From: an uncultured Gammaproteobacteria bacterium
GTDB lineage: Bacteria; Pseudomonadota; Gammaproteobacteria; SZUA-229
Length of the DNA stretch: 64,000 nucleotides
Direction: 5' to 3'
Assembly (NCBI GenBank): GCA_963759005.1
Contig: CAVWXQ010000005.1
Location: forward strand, 14,546 to 78,545
This document shows positions 18,690 to 28,132 of this stretch, in pieces (positions within the stretch are counted from its first letter, which is position 1; every line of letters begins with the position of its first letter). The position numbers and the translations under genes are program-made. The notes under the pieces were generated by a model, which was not told the DNA's origin, did not search any database, and saw nothing but the letters and a program-made list of their open reading frames with translations.

Positions 18690-19790
18690 ATGTTTCGATT
18701 TATCACCGCACTACTATTAATGCTAACCATCAGTCTGCCCGGCCTGGTTACCGCCGAGGAAGAATACTGGGAATACACCTTCCGACCCGGTGACAGCATC
18801 TGGAAGATCGCTGAAAAATATACAACGTCGGTAAATAACTGGGCAGAAATCCAGGAGATAAACAAAATACTCGAAGGACCGGATCGAAGAATTCGTCCGG
18901 GAACACGCATCGTGATACCAGTTTCGATGTTGAAATTACAACCTACCCCGGCACTGGTCATCGCGGTAAGCGGTGATGTCAGTCTGCTACGCGCTAATGG
19001 TGAAAAGTCAGAAGTAATAATCGGCACAAAATTATACAGTGGTGACCGGGTGGTTACTGCAGACAGGGAAAACCTGCGCATGCAGTTTGCCGATAAATCC
19101 GAGTTACAGGTGCTGCCCAATAGTGAGGTTGTACTCGACAAGCTCAGTCATCATGAAACCAGCGGCATGGTGGATACGCGTATACGGCTAAATTCCGGCA
19201 GGGTGAATACCTGGGTAGAGCAACAGAGACCGGATAGCCATTATGAGATTATCACCCCCGCGGCCATTACCGCTGTTAGGGGTACCGCGTTCAGGTTATC
19301 GACTGATGATGAGCAGATCAGTCGAACCGAGGTGACAGCAGGGATTGTCGGGGTATCCGCTGGGGGAGCTGAAAAACAGGTCAATGATGGTTACGGTATT
19401 GTCGCAGAAAAGGACAAACCGCTTCCTGAACCGGTGAAATTATTAGCCGCGCCCGAAGTCAGCGACAACCTGTCTGCAGACAACAGCGAACTTCACGTCT
19501 CATGGAATAAACTTGCAGGCGCTAAAGCTTATCGTTACCGGCTGGCAAGCGACCAGCAATTCAACCAGATCATCATCGATGAGTCGACAGAAAATAACTC
19601 AATCAAACTGACAGAGTTAGCTCCCGGCCAATATTACCTGCAGGTAAGGGGCATTGATCAGTTCAAACTGGAAGGTGTTGACGCAATCAATGACTATGAG
19701 GTCCAGCAAGCACCACCGCCTCCTGTGGTAGATGATTCCTACTGGAAAGTCATCATCACCACCGGCATAGTCGTGCTGTTACTGCTCTGA
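18690..19790 (+). CDS. Periplasmic LysM + FecR domain protein
   Basis: Signal peptide. LysM (YTFRPGDSIWKIAEKY...NWAEIQEIN). FecR-like (ITPAAITAVRGTAFRL). C-terminal TM. Confidence 0.65.
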   Translation: MFRFITALLLMLTISLPGLVTAEEEYWEYTFRPGDSIWKIAEKYTTSVNNWAEIQEINKILEGPDRRIRPGTRIVIPVSMLKLQPTPALVIAVSGDVSLLRANGEKSEVIIGTKLYSGDRVVTADRENLRMQFADKSELQVLPNSEVVLDKLSHHETSGMVDTRIRLNSGRVNTWVEQQRPDSHYEIITPAAITAVRGTAFRLSTDDEQISRTEVTAGIVGVSAGGAEKQVNDGYGIVAEKDKPLPEPVKLLAAPEVSDNLSADNSELHVSWNKLAGAKAYRYRLASDQQFNQIIIDESTENNSIKLTELAPGQYYLQVRGIDQFKLEGVDAINDYEVQQAPPPPVVDDSYWKVIITTGIVVLLLL

Positions 19791-19822
19791 TGCCATAAGA
19801 CTGATGCTGTGAAGCCGAACTT

Positions 19823-22480
19823 GTGAATCTGATTGGAGCTAAAGGCAACGGTTCGGGTGTAATCGAACACTTTTTTCTGGTTGCCATACTGGCGTTTGTA
19901 GCCGGGATGTTCGTTTATAATAATGTGTTATGGCGCTGGGACAACCTGCTGTATGACGCCCAGTTGTCCTTCTGGACTCGAACGGTGTCCGATGACATCA
20001 TCATTATCGCCATCGATGATGAAAGCCTGAATGAACTGGGACGCTGGCCCTGGCCACGATCAACCCATGCACACCTGATTAATCAACTCGAACTCGAATC
20101 ACCCCGCGCTATCGGCCTGGATATAATATTCAACGAGTCCGATACAAACAATCCGCTGTCCGATGTCTTACTGGCGCGTGCTATGCGTGCCAGCGGCAAA
20201 GTCGTGTTGCCGGTGTTCATGTCTCAGCAAAGCAATAACTCCTATCCCATAGAAGCCCTGCCTTTACCCGAGTTTACCCAATATGCGGCTGCACTTGGAC
20301 ACGTGCATATCGATATTAGTGCCGATGGTATCGCGCGACGCGTATTTCTCAGAGAAGGTATCGGTGAGCCGCACTGGATGCATTACAGCCTGGCGTTATT
20401 GAGTCTTACCGGTGAGGGTGTCTTGCCTGAGCCAGATATAAAAATTGATGGTAAAACGAAACAGTATTCAGCCATGCAATGGTCCAGAGAATACCCGTTC
20501 CTGATACCCTATGCAGGGCCACCCGGACATTTTCAGCAGATAGGTTATTCACAGGTGCTGGCCGGGTTATACTCGAAAGACCTGTTTCGCGACAAGATTG
20601 TGCTGATAGGAACCACCGCTGAAGGTCTGGGTGATGCCCTGCCTACACCACTATCGGGTAATGGCGGCATTATGCCGGGGGTTGAGATCGTGGCCAATGT
20701 CGTTGATGCGATACGTAGTGATCTTCGCATTAGCGAGCTGGATACATCCTGGCTGATAGCCATAACTGCCCTGCTGGTGGCACTGCCCGTAATGATCTAC
20801 CCGTACCTGAACCCCGGCAGTACATTGCTGGTCCTGTTTAGCATCGTTCTCGGCACACTGGTGCTGGTCGCTTTGCTGTTATGGTTATTCGGCATATGGG
20901 TGCCGGTTTCCACTATATTGTTGTTTCAGTTTATCAGTTATCCGTTATGGAGCTGGCGCCGACTGGTACTGGCGATGCGCCACATTAATGCCGAGCTGAA
21001 TCAGCTTTCTGCCAGGCAGAAAGCATTGACTATGCACCGGGAGCGGAATATTGCTGATGAGATCAGTTTTATTTCATTGTTCATTCCGATCAAGGGCTGG
21101 GTGTTACAGGATGAAAATGGCCACAACCTTATGCAGCAAGGGTCGGTCCCCGTTTGCAATCTAAGCCAGTTAAAAGCGGATGGCTGGAGCGTAGATGGCT
21201 ACCGATACTGGGCGCAGACTCGCTATCACAACAAACCCTGCAGGCTGGGTTTGAGCATGGGTATGGATGCGGTGATTAGCGATGAAGAAAAACGCCTGTT
21301 AAATAGCCTGGTCCATACGCCACTGAGCGCTGAAACAGAACAGGGTGCCTACGTTGAAGATGTTCTACAGGCAAAAATCCAGCAGGTGCAGGCCGTGGGT
21401 AGTGAATATGAAGAACTCAGGCGTATTATTGATGACAGCCTGTCTGGTATGGCCGATGGTGTATTGATATGCAGTAGCCGAGGCCAGGTGATGCTGTCCA
21501 ATCGACGTGCAGGATGGTATCTGTATGGCGATGATAATGCCGATATCAACGCTGAGTCATTAATCCATATATTGGAGCATGTCCGGCTGAAAGATGGCGG
21601 TAGCTGGCACCCTCTGTTGCAACGTGTCATGTTCAGACAGGAGCGTGTGCTGGCCGATGCCCAGCATGAAGAGGGTCGAGACCTCATGGTCGAAATTAGT
21701 CCATTGCGAATTATCGGTGATGTGTTTGATGGTTTTGTGGTCAATTTTTCGGATATCAGCATGTTGAAGGCCAGTGAACGCAAGCGTACCGAAGTGCTGA
21801 ACTTCCTCTCTCACGATCTGCGCGCGCCCTTATCATCGATGCTTGCCATGATCGAACTGGCAAAAAATAAAAGCAGTGTCGATGAGGTGCGTTCCATGCT
21901 GGCAGACATGGAAAAGAACACCCATAAAACGTTACATCTTGCCGAACAGTTTTTGCAATTAGCACGCGCCAATACCAGCGAGAATATTATTTTTTACGAT
22001 ATAGATTTTAACAGCGTAGTACTGAATGCGATTGATCAGCTCTGGGCGCTATCAAATAAAATGCAGGTCAGCGTCACTCACCAGTTTGACGGTGATGAAT
22101 TATGGACCCACGCAGAACCTGACTTACTGGAACGGGCAATACTTAACCTGCTATCCAATGCAATAAAACATAGCCAAGAAGGTGCAGCTGTTAACGTCAC
22201 GGTGACACTGAATGAGAATGAGATCAGCTGTTGCGTTATTGATCAGGGTTCGGGTATTTCCATGCAAGAGCTGCCGCATTTATTTGAAATGTTCAGACGG
22301 ACACAGGGCTCTGGTGTTGAGCGTATACAAGGCATAGGACTCGGACTGGCTTTTGTGGATGCAGTCGCCAGGCGCCATTCAGGGCATGTCGATGTCGAGA
22401 GCAGACTGGGTGAAGGCTCGAGTTTCTGTTTAAAAATTCCACAAGTAAATCCCGTCGATCCAGTAGAGCTAATAGATTAA
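19823..22480 (+). CDS. Sensor histidine kinase with CHASE2 extracytoplasmic domain and PAS
   Basis: CHASE2 signature (IIIIAIDDESLNELGRWPWPRSTHAHLINQL...GLDIIF), TM bundle, H-box SHDLRAP, HATPase_c (LLSNAIKHS, GIGLGLAFV). Confidence 0.75.
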   Translation: MNLIGAKGNGSGVIEHFFLVAILAFVAGMFVYNNVLWRWDNLLYDAQLSFWTRTVSDDIIIIAIDDESLNELGRWPWPRSTHAHLINQLELESPRAIGLDIIFNESDTNNPLSDVLLARAMRASGKVVLPVFMSQQSNNSYPIEALPLPEFTQYAAALGHVHIDISADGIARRVFLREGIGEPHWMHYSLALLSLTGEGVLPEPDIKIDGKTKQYSAMQWSREYPFLIPYAGPPGHFQQIGYSQVLAGLYSKDLFRDKIVLIGTTAEGLGDALPTPLSGNGGIMPGVEIVANVVDAIRSDLRISELDTSWLIAITALLVALPVMIYPYLNPGSTLLVLFSIVLGTLVLVALLLWLFGIWVPVSTILLFQFISYPLWSWRRLVLAMRHINAELNQLSARQKALTMHRERNIADEISFISLFIPIKGWVLQDENGHNLMQQGSVPVCNLSQLKADGWSVDGYRYWAQTRYHNKPCRLGLSMGMDAVISDEEKRLLNSLVHTPLSAETEQGAYVEDVLQAKIQQVQAVGSEYEELRRIIDDSLSGMADGVLICSSRGQVMLSNRRAGWYLYGDDNADINAESLIHILEHVRLKDGGSWHPLLQRVMFRQERVLADAQHEEGRDLMVEISPLRIIGDVFDGFVVNFSDISMLKASERKRTEVLNFLSHDLRAPLSSMLAMIELAKNKSSVDEVRSMLADMEKNTHKTLHLAEQFLQLARANTSENIIFYDIDFNSVVLNAIDQLWALSNKMQVSVTHQFDGDELWTHAEPDLLERAILNLLSNAIKHSQEGAAVNVTVTLNENEISCCVIDQGSGISMQELPHLFEMFRRTQGSGVERIQGIGLGLAFVDAVARRHSGHVDVESRLGEGSSFCLKIPQVNPVDPVELID

Positions 22481-22650
22481 CCGAGACACATTTTCCTGGT
22501 GCACCATACGCACTGGAATGAAACACAAAAAGTTGATTCATGGTGTGTACGATACACCATGCAGCCAAACCCTGGCTATTCTCCTGCACTGCATACAGCT
22601 GCAATTCGTTATACCTGTCCTTAACAAAAGCGTTAACCGGTCTTATGCTC

Positions 22651-22670
22651 AATTGTAAGCAATTGTTAAC
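22651..22670. promoter_or_regulatory. Conserved palindromic operator AATTGTAAGCAATTGTTAAC upstream of cassette copy 1
   Basis: The same approx. 45-bp block (aattgtaagcaattgttaa.tc..catttt...gcattgc) recurs at 26368. A related perfect palindrome GTTAACAATTGTTAAC is at 27539. Confidence 0.45.
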
Positions 22671-22732
22671 TCTTCATTTTCAGCATTGCCTATTGTTACC
22701 AGCTTATTTATAGTGATCGCGAAATAGCATGA

Positions 22733-23110
22733 TTGATTAATTCATCTATTTCTAACGACCAGCTATTGGAGAATCAAATGGACTGTAGAAAAGAGTGTTT
22801 TGCAGAACACGGTGTTACTTTTGCAGAGAAACTGCAAGAAGTCGGATTCTCAGTGGATCAGGCCGGGCAGTTTTTGCCTGAAACAGAATCAGGCATTATG
22901 GCTGGCATGCAAAATACGGGTGTAGAAAATATGATGGCAACCCTGTTATCTGAAGAGCCTTCTCAGTTATCAAACTTAATTAAGGTAGAAGCTATCGCCA
23001 ATAAACTGGGGGTGAATCATTATCAGGTAACAACTGGTCATGAAGCAATCACTCCCCTCATGTGCAAAGCATTATCACAAAAAATAATGATCTTGCTGGT
23101 GCTTCTTTAG
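22733..23110 (+). CDS. Hypothetical protein, cassette gene A1 (probable start 22778, GGAGA SD)
   Basis: Paralogous to 26403..26870 (LSEEPSQLSNLIKVEAIANKLGV vs LSDNPSQLIKTINVHAMAKKLGI). Confidence 0.5.
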   Translation: MINSSISNDQLLENQMDCRKECFAEHGVTFAEKLQEVGFSVDQAGQFLPETESGIMAGMQNTGVENMMATLLSEEPSQLSNLIKVEAIANKLGVNHYQVTTGHEAITPLMCKALSQKIMILLVLL

Positions 23111-23198
23111 CCTGAGGTTCAACGGGTGAAATAACCAGTTCAGTTAAAAATTTTTGTTTAGTAAATAACTTTATATTAACAACACAGGAGAACATAAC

Positions 23199-23606
23199 AT
23201 GTCAAAAAATATTCAAAGTATAGAAGGTATCGGTCCGAAGTATGCGGAACTACTGCTACAGGAGTGTATTAAAACTACTGATAAGTTGCTGGAAGTCGGC
23301 TGCAGCAAATCTGGCCGAAAAGAACTGGCAGAAAAAATATCAATCAATGAAACCAGTATATTGAAGTGGGTCAACATGTGTGATCTGTTTCGCATAAATG
23401 GTGTTGCTGGACAGTTCGCAGAACTTCTTGAGGGTGCCGGCGTTGATACTGTAAAAGAACTTCGCAATCGTAATGCTGATAATCTTGCAGAGAAAATGGC
23501 TGAAGTAAACAAAGAGAAGCATTTATGTAAAGCCTCTCCCAGATCAAAAACTGTCAGCAAGTGGATAGAACAGGCAAAAACTTTAGAACCAATGGTTACG
23601 CATTAA
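23199..23606 (+). CDS. DUF4332-type helix-hairpin-helix protein, cassette gene B1
   Basis: IEGIGPKYAELL and GVAGQFAELLEGAGVDTVKELRNRNADNLAEK are two HhH-like repeats. It is about 70% identical to 26909..27316. Confidence 0.6.
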   Translation: MSKNIQSIEGIGPKYAELLLQECIKTTDKLLEVGCSKSGRKELAEKISINETSILKWVNMCDLFRINGVAGQFAELLEGAGVDTVKELRNRNADNLAEKMAEVNKEKHLCKASPRSKTVSKWIEQAKTLEPMVTH

Positions 23607-23775
23607 TTCATCATCACATTACCATACCCTGGGCAATTTCTTTCCGGCGGCATGACGGTTGTGCCTTTGGCTTCGGCAGCGAAGAAGCCGCTAAAGCCAT
23701 TACAGATAAGATGGCGTTATATTAATAATAATTAATCGCCCGGTCCTTGTTATTATTGAAGTCCGCTATTGCGGG

Positions 23776-23803
23776 CTTTTTTTATTATCCTAAGACGTTA
23801 TTT
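23776..23803 (+). terminator. Rho-independent terminator after B1
   Basis: GTCCGC-tatt-GCGGGC followed by T7. Confidence 0.5.
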
Positions 23804-23948
23804 AAAACTATGCACTTTTCTGAAAGCAATCCAGTTGTTTCGAATGGATTTGAGAACCCTGAGATAAGGTACGAACCAGAACAGAGTATTGATTCTGATA
23901 TTTTAATGGTAGTGGTGTTAAGCCGGCGCATCCATTCACCTGGCCTGA

Positions 23949-24422
23949 TTAATTCTGCTTGATAATTTCAACCAGAGGTATGAACTTGTCACCATTTTTA
24001 ACATGCAGCTCGCCATCAAGATAGACCAGGTTAGCCTGTTGCTCTGCGGTCAGCATTTTCCATTCTTTTAACGTACTTAAGTCAAAGTTTTCTATTTCAT
24101 ACTGGTGTTTTGTGGGTTTCGTTAAACCCGATAGTGATGTTATGTTATTACTTTTCTGCACGGTGATAATCGCATTGTTATAACCAGCCGCATGTACTTC
24201 CTTAAGTATATCAAGTGCCCTGTTTTTATTTTCATAGGGGCTAAGACGTGTTCGAATATAGCCGTTACTGGCTTTTTCAGTGTAAAGGTTACCGTGTACT
24301 TTTAACGACTCATAACGCTACAGCTGTGGCGATTTAGACGCCTCTATCTATACGGCATATTGCTCGGCCCAACACTTACCGGTGACCAGTGCTAATAAAA
24401 TTAATATTCTATACTTTTTCAT
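23949..24422 (-). pseudogene. SPOR-domain periplasmic protein with two in-frame TAG codons (24348-50 and 24318-20)
   Basis: From the ATG at 24422 the frame reads MKKYRILILLALVTGKCWAEQYAV*IEASKSPQL*RYESLKVHGNLYTEKASNGYIRTRLSPYENKNRALDILKEVHAAGYNNAIITVQ... The second half is a SPOR fold pattern. The same frame continues to the stop at 23949. Confidence 0.5.
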
Positions 24423-24600
24423 AGCATCATTCCTTTCTGATCTGTGGAGACTCTATTCAATCACAGTCATAAATGCTTAGATATAAGATGAATGGCATGT
24501 TTGTAACATTTAACATAGAGTTAACAATCTCGAGAATTTACGTGGTTACTATAATGTCATCTTAAACAATGTCATCTTAATCCTAAGTGAGGAAGTAAAA

Positions 24601-25731
24601 ATGAATAAAGTGATGTTAGTAACAGCAGTATCTTCAATCGTAGTGTTGTCAGGCTGTGCATCTACAGGTGAAACAGGCGCAAACATTCAGAAAGAATACG
24701 AAGCTGAACTTAATGCCCGTAACCAGCAAATTGAACAATTAAAACAGAAGCTGGATGAAAGCCAGAAAGTGGCAGCCTCATCCAGAAGTACACCTACAAG
24801 CGCATCTGCCAGCATGGAAACACAGCAAGCGACGAATACTAGTACAACTTTCAATAATAACCTGTTGCCACCAAATGCCAAGGCTGGTCAATGTTTTGCT
24901 CGCGTTTACACACCGCCCACCTACCGAACAGAAAGCGAAAGTGTACTTAAAGCTGATGGTTATGATGTGGTAACAATCATACCTGCTGTTTATGGTACTG
25001 AAAAACAAACGGTAATGACTGCAGAAGCAACGGAAGCTCTCGAAGTCATCCCGGCGGTTTATGGCTGGAAAGAAGAACAGGTATTAGTCAGTCCTGAAAT
25101 CACTGAATTACAACGTGTGCCAGCAAAATATGGCTTCGAAGAAGAAAAACTTCTAGTTAAACCTGCACACTCCATATGGAAAAAAGGCACCGGCCCTATC
25201 ACAAAAGTAAACCAGAGCACTGGTGAAATCATGTGCCTGGTTGAAGTACCGGCTGTTTATGAAACCGTTAAAAAACGAGTTCTACTAACACCTGAAACCA
25301 CCAAACTGGTTGTCGTTAAAGCGGCAGTTTACAAAACGGTCAAAACACGCGTTGTTGAGCAGCCTGCCAGAACGGTTAGCAAAGAAATCCCTGCAAAATA
25401 CGACACTGTAGAGGTGAAAAAGCTGCTTAAAGAGTCAACCACAACATCGGTTAGTGTTCCTCCTGTATATGAAACAGTGAAAACCACCATTAATGTCGCT
25501 GATGGCTTCCTTGAGTGGACACCGATTCTGTGCGAAACCAATGTTACTGGTGACATTATTCGTCAGCTTCAGCAATCATTGAATGATAAAAACTATAACG
25601 CTGGTCCAGTCGATGGTGTTTATGGTTGGCAGACTACTGCTGCAGTTCGCAAATACCAGAGAGATAATAAGATGCCTGGTGACGGTCAGTTGACGATTGC
25701 ACTGGTTGAATCTTTGAATCTTAAATACTAG
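24601..25731 (+). CDS. Lipoprotein with 7 tandem approx. 20-aa repeats (PAVYxTxKxxVL) and C-terminal peptidoglycan-binding (PG_binding_1-like) domain
   Basis: Lipobox VLSGC. Repeats PAVYGTEKQTV / PAVYGWKEEQV / PAKYGFEEEKL / PAVYETVKKRV / AAVYKTVKTRV / PAKYDTVEVKK / PPVYETVKTTI. C-terminal NYNAGPVDGVYGWQTTAAVRKYQ. The stop TAG lies in the CTAG target of the adjacent MITE. Confidence 0.65.
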   Translation: MNKVMLVTAVSSIVVLSGCASTGETGANIQKEYEAELNARNQQIEQLKQKLDESQKVAASSRSTPTSASASMETQQATNTSTTFNNNLLPPNAKAGQCFARVYTPPTYRTESESVLKADGYDVVTIIPAVYGTEKQTVMTAEATEALEVIPAVYGWKEEQVLVSPEITELQRVPAKYGFEEEKLLVKPAHSIWKKGTGPITKVNQSTGEIMCLVEVPAVYETVKKRVLLTPETTKLVVVKAAVYKTVKTRVVEQPARTVSKEIPAKYDTVEVKKLLKESTTTSVSVPPVYETVKTTINVADGFLEWTPILCETNVTGDIIRQLQQSLNDKNYNAGPVDGVYGWQTTAAVRKYQRDNKMPGDGQLTIALVESLNLKY

Positions 25732-26007
25732 TACTCTATCAGCCTGATAATGACGGATGCAGCATCGTTGTGGTGTTTCAGCAACAAGGCACAGTACGTA
25801 GGCAATGGCCATAGTCCTTGTCAAGTGCTGTAACGCAGTGGCGAGGACACCGACAGCGATGCCCTGAAGGGTATGGTCTGTCAACATCCATGGCACTGCG
25901 TTACACCTCTTGCAAAGGACTAAGGCCATTTGCTGCGAGGCGTGCCTTGCCGCTGAAACGCTGACAGACCAACTGCATCCGTCATTATCAGGTTGATAGA
26001 GTACTAG
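25728..26007. mobile_element. MITE family 1 copy 2 (inverted internal orientation), CTAG flanks
   Basis: The sequence is near-identical to the copies at 17567 and 47657. Confidence 0.8.
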
Positions 26008-26047
26008 GGGTCTTAAATAGTAACCAAACTACTAGTTTATGTAGTTA

Positions 26048-26080
26048 ATAAGGGCGGCTTTATGCCGCCCTTATTGTTGT
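26048..26080 (+). terminator. Hairpin TAAGGGCGGC-tttat-GCCGCCCTTA + U-rich tail; probable original terminator of the lipoprotein gene, now separated from it by the MITE
   Basis: 10-bp GC-rich stem followed by ttgttgtggttt. Confidence 0.45.
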
Positions 26081-26367
26081 GGTTTAAATCTAGTATACGG
26101 CTTTTCATCTACTATCTGCGAAAGGATTCCTTTGAAACACTCATTACCTGAATAAAGACGTCATGAAGGTATCAACATTTGTCCGGATATTTTCTCAAAG
26201 CGCGAGTTCATTTGTTTCAATTATAAGCCACTTGAGCTCCAGGAATAGCGACGCTTCGATTGGTAATATCCGCTATCGTATTCTTAAGAAAACAGAGAAC
26301 AGTGCTCGCCAGCAGAGTGTCACACCTTCGGCCATCGGTAAATACGTTACATCCTCTCGGTATAACG

Positions 26368-26386
26368 AATTGTAAGCAATTGTTAA
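26368..26386. promoter_or_regulatory. Second copy of the AATTGTAAGCAATTGTTAA operator, upstream of cassette copy 2
   Basis: See 22651. Confidence 0.45.
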
Positions 26387-26402
26387 ATCAACATTTCTTG
26401 CA

Positions 26403-26870
26403 TTGCTTAAGTCCATGTACTTTTCTATAGTACCTATCAACGAAGAAGCAAACATTACTGTTTTGTCACTAATGGGGATTTACGTGGATTTTATAAAAAT
26501 TTATTTTGATGAATACAGCAGTGCGTTTACCAGAAAGCTGGGGGATGCGGGAATCACTGGCGATCTGGCTACTCAGTTCTTGTCTGAAACCGCATCGGCT
26601 ATCATGTACACCATCATAAACACAAACCTGGAAAAAACAATAGAAATACTGTTATCAGATAATCCTTCACAGCTTATAAAAACAATTAATGTCCATGCAA
26701 TGGCAAAAAAACTGGGCATAAGTTCAGAACAGATATCATCTGGCCTCGAATCCATTGCACCTGTAGTTTCACTGGTGTTTTTACTTAAGAGTAACGAGAT
26801 AGTTGCTGCCACGGCTTCTTTAGCCTGGAAAACAACAGATGAATACATCGATTCAGTGGGTAATTTATAG
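26403..26870 (+). CDS. Hypothetical protein, cassette gene A2 (true start uncertain)
   Basis: Paralog of 22733..23110. Confidence 0.5.
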   Translation: MLKSMYFSIVPINEEANITVLSLMGIYVDFIKIYFDEYSSAFTRKLGDAGITGDLATQFLSETASAIMYTIINTNLEKTIEILLSDNPSQLIKTINVHAMAKKLGISSEQISSGLESIAPVVSLVFLLKSNEIVAATASLAWKTTDEYIDSVGNL

Positions 26871-26908
26871 ATAAATAATAATTATTTTAACTATATCGGA
26901 GAAAAAAA

Positions 26909-27316
26909 ATGTCAAGAAGTCTTCAAAATGTAAAAGGTATCGGACCGAAGAATGCAGGACTATTAAACCAGCAAGGGATCTATACCACTAGCAAACTGCT
27001 GGAAGTTGGTCGCAACCGTTCTGGCAGAAAAGAAATAGCGGACAAAACATCTATCAGTGAATCCATAATACTGAAATGGGTCAACCTGTGCGACCTGTTT
27101 CGGATAAATGGCATTGCCGGACAGTTCGCAGAACTGCTTGAATGTGCAGGCGTAGATACCGTAAAGGAACTTCGGAATCGAAATGCAGAAAATCTTGCAG
27201 AAAAAATAAAAGAAGTAAATGAGCAGAAACACCTGTGTAAAGTAACACCTAGTGCAAGCAATATATCAGACTGGATCGAACAGGCAAAAACAATGGAACC
27301 CATGGTTACGTATTAG
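26909..27316 (+). CDS. DUF4332-type HhH protein, cassette gene B2
   Basis: Paralog of 23199..23606. Confidence 0.6.
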   Translation: MSRSLQNVKGIGPKNAGLLNQQGIYTTSKLLEVGRNRSGRKEIADKTSISESIILKWVNLCDLFRINGIAGQFAELLECAGVDTVKELRNRNAENLAEKIKEVNEQKHLCKVTPSASNISDWIEQAKTMEPMVTY

Positions 27317-27433
27317 AATAGACATGTGCATGACAACGAAATGTCTTATGCTGCAACTGGTATGTTCCTTAGATGTGGAATAACTGGACTACTATACCTA
27401 TAAAAATAATCGTCTGGTGAATGTGAACCTTTA

Positions 27434-27457
27434 AGCCCGTTGTTACGGGCTTTTTTA
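27434..27457 (+). terminator. Rho-independent terminator (AGCCCGT-tgtt-ACGGGCT + T6)
   Basis: Clean stem-loop plus T-run. Confidence 0.65.
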
Positions 27458-27538
27458 TCGTTTTTTTACTATGTATTAGCGTAGACGAAAGATGCAAAGA
27501 AAAACCTGCTCCCATCTTTAACTCCTAAGAAAACTACA

Positions 27539-27554
27539 GTTAACAATTGTTAAC
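27539..27554. promoter_or_regulatory. Perfect 16-bp palindrome GTTAACAATTGTTAAC
   Basis: It shares the CAATTGTTAA core with the operators at 22651 and 26368. Confidence 0.35.
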
Positions 27555-27740
27555 AGTTGCGTTATATAAATTAACAGATTGTTCCCGTAAAATTTAAATA
27601 TCAAATTCATTGTAAATATCGGGTAGAAATTCATGCTCAAACTAAAAACCGGAAGTTTTTTACTGCAATGTTCGCAGCGTTACAGAGACGTGTAACTGAT
27701 ATAAATAACAATCTTCTACACAAAAAGAAAGGTGCAATAG

Positions 27741-27860
27741 ATGAATACTAAAAAATCGATTTATTTTAAAAGACAATTGGATGATGAGACGAGAAAATTA
27801 ATAATAGTGGTTATTTGTTTGTCGGTGTTCGTTGCCATTATATTTGGATTTGGAGCGTAA
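27741..27860 (+). CDS. 39-aa small single-TM protein (MNTKKSIYFKRQLDDETRKLIIVVICLSVFVAIIFGFGA); paralog of 6859..6966
   Basis: It shares the D/EETRR/KL + TM helix architecture with the 35-aa ORF. An AAAGG SD is upstream. Confidence 0.5.
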   Translation: MNTKKSIYFKRQLDDETRKLIIVVICLSVFVAIIFGFGA

Positions 27861-27898
27861 TTAGTGAGGCCGGAGTGATTATTACCTGACCACAGTAG

Positions 27899-28060
27899 TA
27901 GTTGATCAAAATTTAATCTCCTGGCAACACCTTCACGCAAACTTTGTATGGGAAGCAATGTTAATACACTACATTTTCCCAGTATTCCCGCAAAACGACA
28001 ATCACTACGCCACTGATAATATCGGTTAATGCCACTATAAAATAAACAGGTCATCAGACT
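27899..28060 (-). pseudogene. Diverged duplicate of the 3' end of ybbP (FtsX permease), C-terminal approx. 45 codons only
   Basis: About 70% nt identity to 32497..32650. The encoded ...LTLLPIQSLREGV matches the permease C-terminus ...LTSPPIQSLRQGV. Confidence 0.55.
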
Positions 28061-28132
28061 AATAGGGATCGTAGTTGTCATTGATCAATAATTTAATCCC
28101 TGCGTTCCTTATGAGCGCTTTCTGCGATCCCA

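Noticed and set aside
22293-22652. ORF 22293..22652(-) between the histidine kinase and cassette copy 1
   Set aside because: It mostly overlaps the 3' end of the kinase gene antisense. It has no RBS, and the remaining intergenic part holds the conserved operator block instead.
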